Positions 11,306 through 20,094 of a DNA stretch of 38,185 nucleotides are shown here, in pieces. Each line of letters starts with the position of its first letter. Position 1 is the first letter of the stretch. The stretch lies in the sequence record DRR723986_2407; one strand, given 5' to 3'. The translations under genes and the position numbers were made by a program. The notes under the pieces are model-generated. The model worked only from the letters and a program-made list of their open reading frames with translations, made no database searches and was not told the DNA's origin.

Positions 11306-11908
11306 CTATTGTGAAAGGCTCTCGAGCAGGTCGTGCAGGGCGTCTAGCCGGTGCAGCGGTTCGTCTATCTCCAGCAGCGGATACACATCCTCTGGACTGA
11401 GCGGCAGTAACTGGGCGAGTCGGTTGACCAGCTCACCGGTACCGCTCACCTCGGCACAGAAACCCATGCGCTGCACATGGGGGTGCTCCAACAACTGCGC
11501 CAACAAGGCAGACAACTCTTCAGCCTCTTCTGGCAGAGGAATATCCGCCTGTTCGCTGAGCCATTCAACGCGGCCGCGATTCAGCCCGGCGTCGTCGCGG
11601 TAGCTGTGCAGCAGGCGAAAACGCGGACCGCCCTCAACCACCACCGACAACAAACCGTCTTCGGTTTGATCCCAGTCCACCACCCGGGCCTGACAGCCCA
11701 CGGCGGCGATACGCGGCTCATCACCCTTACCGTCCACCTCACTGCCGGCGTGCAGGTGAACAATGCCGAAGTGGCCGTCGTCGCGCAGGGTATTGCGCAG
11801 CAAATCCAGATAGCGGCGCTCGAAGATACGCAACGCCATGCGGCCACCGGGAAATAACACACCACCCAGCGGAAACAGTGGGTAGTGGTCTTGTTGCTCA
11901 GCGTGCAT
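11306..11908 (-). CDS. Stand-alone LON peptidase substrate-binding (N) domain protein
   Basis: PLFPLGGVLFPG...LRIFERRYLDL signature; no AAA+ or protease domain; overlaps the 3' end of the MMPL gene. Confidence 0.88.
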   Translation of the reverse strand: MHAEQQDHYPLFPLGGVLFPGGRMALRIFERRYLDLLRNTLRDDGHFGIVHLHAGSEVDGKGDEPRIAAVGCQARVVDWDQTEDGLLSVVVEGGPRFRLLHSYRDDAGLNRGRVEWLSEQADIPLPEEAEELSALLAQLLEHPHVQRMGFCAEVSGTGELVNRLAQLLPLSPEDVYPLLEIDEPLHRLDALHDLLESLSQ

Positions 11909-14555
11909 TACCTTCCGGCCCCAGTGGCTGAATCATCAGTATCAATTTCGGCAACAGCAACATCGCGCCCATGAGCGCAGCGATCATTGCCAGACCGGTG
12001 AGCAAGCCGAAGTAGATGCTCGGGGTAAAGTTCGACAGCGCCAGAATGGAGAAGCCAAAGACGATAATCACCGAGGTGTAGTACATCGCCTTGCCGATAC
12101 TGCCGTGGCAGCGATACATGGTTTGCAGATAGTTGCGGTCGCGGGGGAATTCATCCCGGAAGCGGTGCACATAGTGAATGGTGTCGTCGACCCCAATACC
12201 CACTGTGATCGCCGCAATGGTAATGGTCATCATATCCAGCGGAATGCCGGCCAGCCCCATCCCCCCAAGCACCGCACCGGCGGCCAGCAGGTTGGGCGTC
12301 AGCGCGATCATCGCCAGACTAAAGGAGCGGAACAGCACCATAAACATTGCCAGGATGGCGACGAACACCGCCGCCAAGGTCAAAATTTGCGAGGTAAACA
12401 GGCTCTGCAACATATTGTTGTAGAGCACCAGTAAGCCCGTCAGGCGCACCTGCTCTTCCTCAAAACCCAGCTCGTCGATCAGGTGCCTGCGCACCTCCTT
12501 AAGAAAGGCATCGCGCTCCAGGCTGCGGCTGGTTTCCTTCACCCGCAGGCTAATCCGCGCCTGATCCACCTCGGCAGACAAATAAGGGTCGAGCAGAATG
12601 CTGCTGATCGACGTCGGCAGTGAGCGCTGAGCGAGCGCCAATTGCAGGTCGTCGACATTCCCCATAATCATCTGCATCAGCTCGTAGAAGGTGGCCAGAG
12701 AAAGCACTTTGCCTGTCTCGGGCAAGCTGTCCAGATAGTTGTGCACCTCTTGAATACGGCGCATGCCCGCCACCGTAAACCACTCGCTCTGGGGACTGGC
12801 AGTACTGCCGCCAAAATCGTCGCCGGCACTGAAATCGTCAAAGCCCGCATCGAAGTCGCCAGCGAAATCATCGGCAAAGTCGCCGCCCTGCTCCGCGGCA
12901 AAGCTGTCGTCAGCCTCGTCGAATTCGGCGTCGCCAAACAGGGCATCGAATTCCTCGCCCGCTTGCTCGGCGGCGGCATTGTCGACAGGGGCATCATTGG
13001 CGGCAGGCGCACCGCCGGCAACCGCCGGCGCGGACGATTCACTCGGGCGATTGAGAATAATATCCAGCCCGATGGTGCCGCCCAGCTCGGCATCGATGGT
13101 TTCCATGCCCTGATAAATTTCGGTGTCTTCGTGGAAGTAGTCGATGAAGCGGTTTTCCACTTTAAGCTGTGAGATACCCCAGGCACTCACCGCCAGCAAG
13201 GCTACCGACACCACCACAATGGTGCCGCCAAAACGCTCGGTAGCAACAGCAAAATAGCGGGTAAAAGCGCCCTCGCCACCGGCGCCGTTTTTCTCTTCGC
13301 GGGCGGGCAAAAGCATCAGTACACAGGGCAGAATCAGGAAGCTGAGTATCAGCGCCGCCATCACCCCCATGGTCATCATCCAACCGAAATCAATGACCGG
13401 ACGAATACCGCTGACCACCAGTGACGCAAAGGCCACCAGCGTGGTGAGGGCGGTGTAGATACAGGGCCGCGCCATCAGGCGAACGGTGTCGCTCACTCGC
13501 TGCAGCTGGCTGCTTTGCGGCGACAGCGCCGAAATCTCCCGGTAGCGCACCACCAAGTGGATGGTAATGGCCAGCGTAATAATCAGCAGCAGCGCGACAA
13601 AGTTGGCGGAAATAACCGTGAGTCGCCAGTCCATAAAGGCCAGCAGCCCCAGCATGAAGGTGACCGTGGCCACGCAGTTCAGCAGCGGAATCAGCACCCA
13701 GCGCGGACTGCCGAAAATCACCACCAGCAAGACCACAATGAACGCCAATATCCCGGTACCGAACACTTTCAGATCGCTTTTTACAAAGTCGATCATATCC
13801 ACGGTGATCATTGGCACACCGCCGAGGAACAATTTGGCGCCGTCGCGGTAGTTGTCGAGCACGCTTCGCGCTTGAGCAACCAGCGCTTCCTGGCGGCCGT
13901 GAATTTCGGTGACGTAGTCATCAAAGGCCTGTTCGGCCGCCTCGAGCTTGGCCTGCTCGTCCAGAGTCAGGGGGCGCTGCGCCGCGTCGGCGCGCAGCAC
14001 ATCGCGGGCGTCCAGCAGCTCATAGAATTTTTGGTCGCGCTCCAGGTTCACCTGCAGCGCAGTGGTCGTACCATCGGGGCTGGTCAGCAGCGAACGATAA
14101 ATAGGGCTGTTGGCAAATTCCTCGCGCGCCATGTCGACATTGGCAGTGCCGTCTCCCAGGGTGGGAATCTCACCCGCGGTGACATCACCCAGGCTCACTG
14201 GCGGGCTCTGCAACAAGGGCACATCGAGAATAGAATTAATGCTCGACACCCGCGGCAGCTTCGCCAGGTCATCGCGCAGCTTGGCGATGGTTTCCAGCTG
14301 CTGGGGCGCGAACAGGTCGCCCTCGGGTTGGTAGGTGACCAGCAAGAAGTCCTCGGTCTGGTAGCGCTTGCTGATTTCGCGGAAATACTCCAGCGACGTA
14401 TCCCCTTCCAGCACCAAAGCCTCGGAGGAAGCATCGAGCTTCATCGCGGGTATATGGCTACCCAGGAAGCCGGTCACCGCCATCAACAGCAGCAACACCC
14501 AGGTAGCATTGCGGAGAATCAGTGTCTGGTATGCGTTGGCAAGCCGCCCAGTCAT
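11898..14555 (-). CDS. MMPL/RND superfamily transporter
   Basis: 885 aa; two repeats of 1 TM + large periplasmic loop + 5 TM; GIGVDDTIH motif. Confidence 0.9.
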   Translation of the reverse strand: MTGRLANAYQTLILRNATWVLLLLMAVTGFLGSHIPAMKLDASSEALVLEGDTSLEYFREISKRYQTEDFLLVTYQPEGDLFAPQQLETIAKLRDDLAKLPRVSSINSILDVPLLQSPPVSLGDVTAGEIPTLGDGTANVDMAREEFANSPIYRSLLTSPDGTTTALQVNLERDQKFYELLDARDVLRADAAQRPLTLDEQAKLEAAEQAFDDYVTEIHGRQEALVAQARSVLDNYRDGAKLFLGGVPMITVDMIDFVKSDLKVFGTGILAFIVVLLVVIFGSPRWVLIPLLNCVATVTFMLGLLAFMDWRLTVISANFVALLLIITLAITIHLVVRYREISALSPQSSQLQRVSDTVRLMARPCIYTALTTLVAFASLVVSGIRPVIDFGWMMTMGVMAALILSFLILPCVLMLLPAREEKNGAGGEGAFTRYFAVATERFGGTIVVVSVALLAVSAWGISQLKVENRFIDYFHEDTEIYQGMETIDAELGGTIGLDIILNRPSESSAPAVAGGAPAANDAPVDNAAAEQAGEEFDALFGDAEFDEADDSFAAEQGGDFADDFAGDFDAGFDDFSAGDDFGGSTASPQSEWFTVAGMRRIQEVHNYLDSLPETGKVLSLATFYELMQMIMGNVDDLQLALAQRSLPTSISSILLDPYLSAEVDQARISLRVKETSRSLERDAFLKEVRRHLIDELGFEEEQVRLTGLLVLYNNMLQSLFTSQILTLAAVFVAILAMFMVLFRSFSLAMIALTPNLLAAGAVLGGMGLAGIPLDMMTITIAAITVGIGVDDTIHYVHRFRDEFPRDRNYLQTMYRCHGSIGKAMYYTSVIIVFGFSILALSNFTPSIYFGLLTGLAMIAALMGAMLLLPKLILMIQPLGPEGNAR

Positions 14556-14615
14556 GGTGTTTCCTTATTGTCATTATCGGGCGCAGGGTCTCTGCGTCCG
14601 GGCCGGTAACGGCCG

Positions 14616-15215
14616 TTATTCACCCCAGCGCGGCAGCAGCGTTTGCGCTACGTCGAGGTGGTCCAATATTCTCGCGACGACAAAATCGACGATCTCATCC
14701 ACGCTTGTCGGGCGCCGATAAAAGCCTGGCGACGCCGGCATAATGGTCGCGCCCATTTGGCTGAGGCTGAGCATATGCTGCAGATGAATGCTCGACAAGG
14801 GCATCTCTCGCGTCACCAAAATTAACTGACGCCGCTCTTTGAGCACAACATCGGCGGCGCGTTCAATTAAATTATTACTGGCGCCACAGGCAATGGCTGA
14901 CAGGGTGCCGGTACTTGCCGGGCAGACCACCATACGGGTTGGCGCGCCACTGCCCGAGGCCACGGCGGCCATCCAGTCTTCCGGCCCGTGCACCTGCAAT
15001 TGATCGGGCGGGCAACCAAAGCGCTCCACCAGATGTTTATGCAGGGCCTGGGGTTTGGCTGGCAGGGGCTCGTCGGTTTCTGTTGCCACGACTAACAGCG
15101 CCGCCTTGGAGATCATAAAGTGAACCGGACAGCCCGCGGCCAGCAGGCATTCGAGCAGGCGCAAACCGTATTGCGCGCCCGATGCGCCGGTCATTGCCAA
15201 GGTTACCGCTTTCAT
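14616..15215 (-). CDS. ubiX: Flavin prenyltransferase UbiX
   Basis: [30 protein letters not shown] and PASPGFY motifs. Confidence 0.96.
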   Translation of the reverse strand: MKAVTLAMTGASGAQYGLRLLECLLAAGCPVHFMISKAALLVVATETDEPLPAKPQALHKHLVERFGCPPDQLQVHGPEDWMAAVASGSGAPTRMVVCPASTGTLSAIACGASNNLIERAADVVLKERRQLILVTREMPLSSIHLQHMLSLSQMGATIMPASPGFYRRPTSVDEIVDFVVARILDHLDVAQTLLPRWGE

Positions 15216-15217
15216 AA

Positions 15218-16588
15218 TTAGGCCCTGTTATTAAGCGCCGTCATCAGGCGCTGATGAATACCACCGAAGCCACCGTTACTCATGATGACCACGTGGTCAC
15301 CGCTGCGCAGCATGGCGACAAGCTGCTGGAGACAGGCATCGAGGTCGCGACTTAACTCGGCGGGCACGGGGCTGTTGGCGATCACGCCGTCAAGCGACCA
15401 ATCCAGTCCGGGTGGCTGATACCAAATAACGCGATCTGCCGAGGCCGTCGAGGCTGCCAGGCGGTCTTTGTAGATGCCCATACGCATGGTATTCGAGCGC
15501 GGTTCTATCAGGGCAATAATTCGCCCGTTTTTCTGCACACGACCGCGCAGGCCTTGCAAGGTGGTTTCAATTGCGGTGGGGTGGTGGGCAAAATCATCGT
15601 AGACCGACACGCCGTCTACGCAGCCGAGCAGCTCCATTCTGCGCTTCACGCCCTGGAACTGACAGAGCGCATCGATACTGTCAGCCGGCAGGACGCCGAC
15701 ATGCCGCGCCGCCGCGATGGCAGCTAAAGCGTTGGCCGCATTGTGCTCGCCGGTGTGCTGCCAGCACACTTGCCCCTGATCCTGCCCTTGATGCAGCACG
15801 CGAAACTGCGAGTAGTCCTCGCTGCATTCACCGCGCTGCCACTCGGCAGTATCGCCGCTAACGCTCAGCTGCTCGCGCTCACTCCAGCAACCCATTGCCA
15901 GGGTTTCTTCAATAGCGGGCACGCTCGCCGGGGTGATAATGCGGCCGCTGCCGGGTACGGTGCGCACCACGTGGTGAAACTGACGCTGAATGGCGTGCAG
16001 GTCATCAAAAATATCGGCGTGATCGAATTCCAGGTTGTTGATGATCAAGGTGCGCGGACGGTAGTGAATAAACTTGGAGCGCTTATCAAAGAAAGCGCTG
16101 TCGTACTCATCGGCTTCGATCACAAAAAAGTCCGACTTGCCGATGCGCGCAGACAGCCCGAAGTCGGCGGGCACACCGCCGATCAAAAAGCCCGGCTCAT
16201 AGCCGCAACTCTCTAATATCCACGCCAACATACTGCTGGTGGTGGTTTTGCCGTGTGTGCCGGAACAAGCCAGCACCCAGCGCCCCTGCAAAACATGTTC
16301 GCTCAGCCACTGCGGCCCCGAGGTATAGGGCAAACCTCTTTCTAAAACATATTCCACGGCCGGGTTGCCCCGCGACATGGCATTGCCCACCACCACAAGG
16401 TCCGGCGCGGGGTCGAGGTGCGCCGGATCGTAGCCTTCCATCAGCGCAATACCCTGGGCTTCGAGCTGGGTGCTCATCGGCGGATACACATTGGCATCAG
16501 AGCCGGTAACGCGGTGCCCCTGCTCGCGCGCAAGAATGGCCAACCCGCCCATAAAGGTTCCGCAGATACCAAGGATATGAATATGCAT
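15218..16588 (-). CDS. mpl: UDP-MurNAc:tripeptide ligase (murein peptide ligase)
   Basis: [48 protein letters not shown] and EPRSNTM. Confidence 0.97.
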   Translation of the reverse strand: MHIHILGICGTFMGGLAILAREQGHRVTGSDANVYPPMSTQLEAQGIALMEGYDPAHLDPAPDLVVVGNAMSRGNPAVEYVLERGLPYTSGPQWLSEHVLQGRWVLACSGTHGKTTTSSMLAWILESCGYEPGFLIGGVPADFGLSARIGKSDFFVIEADEYDSAFFDKRSKFIHYRPRTLIINNLEFDHADIFDDLHAIQRQFHHVVRTVPGSGRIITPASVPAIEETLAMGCWSEREQLSVSGDTAEWQRGECSEDYSQFRVLHQGQDQGQVCWQHTGEHNAANALAAIAAARHVGVLPADSIDALCQFQGVKRRMELLGCVDGVSVYDDFAHHPTAIETTLQGLRGRVQKNGRIIALIEPRSNTMRMGIYKDRLAASTASADRVIWYQPPGLDWSLDGVIANSPVPAELSRDLDACLQQLVAMLRSGDHVVIMSNGGFGGIHQRLMTALNNRA

Positions 16589-16690
16589 TGCTCGTGCTTC
16601 GACCGTCGAATTTAGCTGGGCATGGTATCACTGCACCCGAGTAAGCTCTACGGCTGGCTTGCGCCTACCATTAATACGCTCAAGCAATAG

Positions 16691-16709
16691 AAAACCGGCC
16701 AGAGGCCGG
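16691..16709 (-). terminator. Probable intrinsic terminator after the porin gene
   Basis: Minus strand reads CCGGCC-TCT-GGCCGG followed by TTTTCT, about 35 nt past the porin stop. Confidence 0.6.
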
Positions 16710-16742
16710 CTGTGACATTGCGCAAAAGCGAGCGCAACAGGG

Positions 16743-17942
16743 TTAAAACGCCGCGCCCACCCAAAACCATAACTTATCGGTGTCTACGGCTAACTCATCG
16801 GCAGAATAGGCGGCATACTTCACTCCCACCGAATAGTGTTTGGCAAATTTTCGGCTGTACACCGCGTTTACTTCACTGCCGTAGGCATCGGCACCCGCGG
16901 CGTCATCGTCCGCGCGGTAGTCGTGATAAATCAGCGCCCACTTACCACCGGCAAGACTGCCGCCCAGCGAGGCGTAACGGTCAACTAAACCGCCGGCCGG
17001 TGTTTTGAGAAAAATATCGGCCCAGCCGTTGAATTTATGTAGCGTCGCTAGGGGCGTGGCAAAGCCGTAGCTGCCGTCGTCACTGCCCAGCACCTCGTAG
17101 CCAACTTTCGCGGTTAAACCCGCGGCGGCGACCCCGGCTTCAAGCAGCATATACTCCGCATCGGCATCGAGCAGCGGCGTGTCGGCCCGCTGACGAGCGA
17201 ACTCAGCGTGGTATAGCAGCTTTGCCTCAGCCAGAGGCTTCGCCCCCTTCACGCTCACACCACTGGTATCGAGACGGTCTTCGCCCGCCTCATTCAGTTC
17301 CAATAAATAGGAATAGGCCGTCACCGTACCCACCGCACTGTTGAAACGCAGGTTTAACAGGTGATCTTTGGCCTGTTTATCCGCCTGTTCGGCAAAGATG
17401 CCATTGCGCTGCCCCAGGTAGGCGTAGCTCAGCGACAATGCATCGTTGGCTTGATAGTTGAGTGAGATGCCATCAAAGGTCTGGCGATCCTGACGCCAAC
17501 CCACGTGCCCGACAAATCGATGGCCATCGTAGGTGATGACCTGTCGCCCTAATTTGGCCGTTAGCCTGCCGTGCTGGTAGCGCAGAAAGGCCTGATCCAG
17601 CTCGGTGGTTTCCGGGTCGGCAATCACCGAGTACTGCCCGGCTTTATACCCGGCTGGCGGCGCACTGAACTCGCCCTCTCCCGCGACGATGCGGCTATCC
17701 TCGAACTCCAGTTGCGCGGAAAAACCCTGATAGGCGGCGGTCTGATATCCCAGCCGGCTACGCAGGGTAAGGGCACTGGCATCATCCAGGGCATTGTCCT
17801 GACTCACCGCTTCATAACGCAGCCTAAAGTCACCGTACACCTTGCCGTTTGCCAACGCGTCGGCAAGGGAATCGGCAAATGAGGTGGCTGGCAAGGTTGC
17901 CGCCACGGCTCCTAGCAGTACGGCGTTTGCAATAACTCTCAT
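16743..17942 (-). CDS. Outer-membrane beta-barrel protein, alginate-export (AlgE-like) porin family
   Basis: ATG at 17942 with AGGAGAG RBS; signal peptide; FRLRYEAV, LDQAFL, GRQVI, GWRQDRQTFDG and LATLHKFNGWAD; amphipathic strands ending in Phe. Confidence 0.8.
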   Translation of the reverse strand: MRVIANAVLLGAVAATLPATSFADSLADALANGKVYGDFRLRYEAVSQDNALDDASALTLRSRLGYQTAAYQGFSAQLEFEDSRIVAGEGEFSAPPAGYKAGQYSVIADPETTELDQAFLRYQHGRLTAKLGRQVITYDGHRFVGHVGWRQDRQTFDGISLNYQANDALSLSYAYLGQRNGIFAEQADKQAKDHLLNLRFNSAVGTVTAYSYLLELNEAGEDRLDTSGVSVKGAKPLAEAKLLYHAEFARQRADTPLLDADAEYMLLEAGVAAAGLTAKVGYEVLGSDDGSYGFATPLATLHKFNGWADIFLKTPAGGLVDRYASLGGSLAGGKWALIYHDYRADDDAAGADAYGSEVNAVYSRKFAKHYSVGVKYAAYSADELAVDTDKLWFWVGAAF

Positions 17943-18089
17943 GCAGTTCTCTCCTACACTATTTTTTATCGGCCGACACAATGCCGGCAGCACCACGACC
18001 ATCAGGCCGAATTGAGAACGCCGTTTATCTCTAACACCTATTATTGTGGGCATTCGGTTTGGGCGACGTCGCCCATCGCAGGGATATTT

Positions 18090-18105
18090 AGCAAGCGGTA
18101 TGCCA
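18090..18105 (-). promoter_or_regulatory. Sigma54 (-24/-12) promoter of the porin gene
   Basis: Minus strand TGGCATACCGCTTGCT versus consensus TGGCAC-N5-TTGCW; correct GG-N10-GC spacing. Confidence 0.8.
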
Positions 18106-18144
18106 GCCGCGGAGAGATCAAGAAAATTAATTTATTTTTATAAT

Positions 18145-18157
18145 TTTCAATACGTTA
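18145..18157 (+). promoter_or_regulatory. Possible IHF site
   Basis: TTTCAATACGTTA, one mismatch to WATCAANNNNTTR, in an AT-rich tract between the sigma54 site and the NtrC-like boxes. Confidence 0.45.
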
Positions 18158-18250
18158 GCGAAAAATAACTCGCTCAAAAAACCTAAAAAGCCAGAGCCGC
18201 CCCAAAACACGACGACGCGCCTTTAGCGGCGCCTCATAACAAGACGACCG

Positions 18251-18312
18251 CGCCCAAAAATATTGCATTTAGAAGTGCGCAATCGGCAGTTTTGGCGCAC
18301 CACAATACTGCA
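18251..18312. promoter_or_regulatory. Two NtrC-like enhancer boxes
   Basis: CGCCCAAAAATATTGCA (18251-18267) and CGCACCACAATACTGCA (18296-18312) resemble TGCACCA-N3-TGGTGCA; about 150-200 bp upstream of the sigma54 site. Confidence 0.55.
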
Positions 18313-18343
18313 TGCCGCCACGCTGCCCAGCAAAAGCCCTCCG

Positions 18344-20062
18344 CTATCGGCTCAAGCTCCATAGCAGCGCCACGAGCAAGACAGCGCTGACGCCCTGCCA
18401 AAACCGCAGGGGGTTGCGGTGAACCAAGGGCTGAAATTCCCTGGCCTGATAGCTGGGGTTGGGGTGATGAAGATCGTGCATAAACTCTGCGATGTCGTGA
18501 TACCGCAGGTCGGGGTTAATACTCAACGCACGCTTTAGCGCGCGATCCATCCAATACGGAATATGCGGGTTGTAATCACTGGCAGAAACGTACTGCAGGC
18601 GCGAGTAATCACCAGCGCTGCGGCACTGCTCCAGCTTGCCCTCATAGGGCAGGGTTCCACTGAGCATTTCAAAGGCCACGACGGCCAGGGAGAACTGGTC
18701 AGCCCGCGCACTCGGCGGTTTGCGCAATACGTGCTCCGGCGCTGAATACTGCGCGGTACCCAGAATATGATCACGCTCTAACGGCACCGCGATCTCAGCT
18801 AAGCCAGCCACATGGCAGCTGCCAAAGTCGATAATGCGCACCCTGCCATCACCGTCCATCATTACATTGTCGGGCTTAATATCTTGGTGGAGGGTATCGC
18901 GCCGATGCATCGCCTGTAGGCCCTTGGCCAACTGACTGAGCACCGCCACTGCCTCACTCACGGCCGATCGGTCGCGCGCGGCCATCCACTGCGCCAGCGA
19001 CTGACCGGGAATATATTCAGCAAGGTAGTACAAACAGCTTGGACGCTGGGGCGGCTCAACCACCGACACAACAGCCGGATGCTCCAGTCGCTTGGCGATC
19101 CAGCTCTCCAGCACAAAGCGCTCGATGTAGGCCGGGTCATCCAAGTACAGCAATGACGGCGTTTTCATCACTAACTGGCGCTGGTTGCGAGTATCCACAA
19201 CCCGATACAACTGGCTGCGCGGGGTGGCGTGAAGCTCTTCTTCAATGCGCAAACCGTCGACCACCGCACCCGGCGGCAGCGGCGGCGGGAATGGCAAGGC
19301 ACTCAGCTGCTGATAAACATCGTCGGCATCGGCCAGCGGCAGCGCCTCTACACGCAGCAGCTGACAGCTGAGGTTATCCTTGCTGCCCGCGGCCAATGCA
19401 TCGTCGATCAACTGCTCGCAGGCGGGCTCCAGCGCACCGGACGCCTCGGCAAGGCACTGGCGAATCTGCTCGTCAGGCAGCACGTCGTGAATACCGTCGG
19501 TAGAAAGTAGAAACAGGTCCCCACAGCAGATATCGACCGAGCGATAGTCGACATCGAGATTGACGTCCAGCCCCATTGCCCGGGTCAAATACGCGTGCTC
19601 CGGAGAGATTCGCCGAGCGTGGTCGCGCGTCAGCTGTTCCAGCGCGCCGTCGCGAAGCCGGTATATGCGGCTATCCCCCACATGGAACAAGTGGGCGAGC
19701 TGGGACTTAAATACCGCCACACTCAGGGTAGACACATAGCCCTTTTCCGCCTGCGCATAGCCCTGACCCTGGGCAAACAGCCAGCGATTCAATGCATTTA
19801 ATACCTGTTGCGCGGAGCGCTTCACAGACCATGACTCGGGCGTTGAAAAGTAGTCATTCAGAAAGCCGGTAATGCAACTTTCCGCCGCCTCTTTGCCCGC
19901 CTCGGCCGCCGACACACCATCGGCAATAGCCGCGACGGCGCCCTTGGTCGTCAGCAGTGAACCCTCGGGCACTCGCGCGCCGAGACTGTCCTCATTAAAC
20001 GGCTTAAGCCCAGCGCTACTGCGCTGGGCTATGCTCAATTTCAGTCCACCATCCAGGTGCAA
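18344..20062 (-). CDS. Bifunctional PP2C-type phosphatase / Hanks-type Ser/Thr kinase with C-terminal membrane anchor
   Basis: PP2C motifs NEDS, ADGVS, HVGDSRIY, LTRAMG, STDGI and DNLS; kinase motifs VMKT, HQDIKPDN, DFG and APE; hydrophobic C-terminal helix; AAGGAG RBS before a TTG start. Confidence 0.92.
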   Translation of the reverse strand: MHLDGGLKLSIAQRSSAGLKPFNEDSLGARVPEGSLLTTKGAVAAIADGVSAAEAGKEAAESCITGFLNDYFSTPESWSVKRSAQQVLNALNRWLFAQGQGYAQAEKGYVSTLSVAVFKSQLAHLFHVGDSRIYRLRDGALEQLTRDHARRISPEHAYLTRAMGLDVNLDVDYRSVDICCGDLFLLSTDGIHDVLPDEQIRQCLAEASGALEPACEQLIDDALAAGSKDNLSCQLLRVEALPLADADDVYQQLSALPFPPPLPPGAVVDGLRIEEELHATPRSQLYRVVDTRNQRQLVMKTPSLLYLDDPAYIERFVLESWIAKRLEHPAVVSVVEPPQRPSCLYYLAEYIPGQSLAQWMAARDRSAVSEAVAVLSQLAKGLQAMHRRDTLHQDIKPDNVMMDGDGRVRIIDFGSCHVAGLAEIAVPLERDHILGTAQYSAPEHVLRKPPSARADQFSLAVVAFEMLSGTLPYEGKLEQCRSAGDYSRLQYVSASDYNPHIPYWMDRALKRALSINPDLRYHDIAEFMHDLHHPNPSYQAREFQPLVHRNPLRFWQGVSAVLLVALLWSLSR

Positions 20063-20094
20063 AACACCACTCCTTTTCGAGTTGAGGTTGCAGA

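Noticed and set aside
13515-14609. 364-aa ORF on the + strand
   Set aside because: Lies almost wholly antisense to the MMPL gene; its Q/H/R-rich composition is typical of reverse-frame artefacts.
17943-18053. 37-codon N-terminal extension of the porin ORF
   Set aside because: The signal peptide and a strong RBS fit the ATG at 17942; the extension covers the structured leader.
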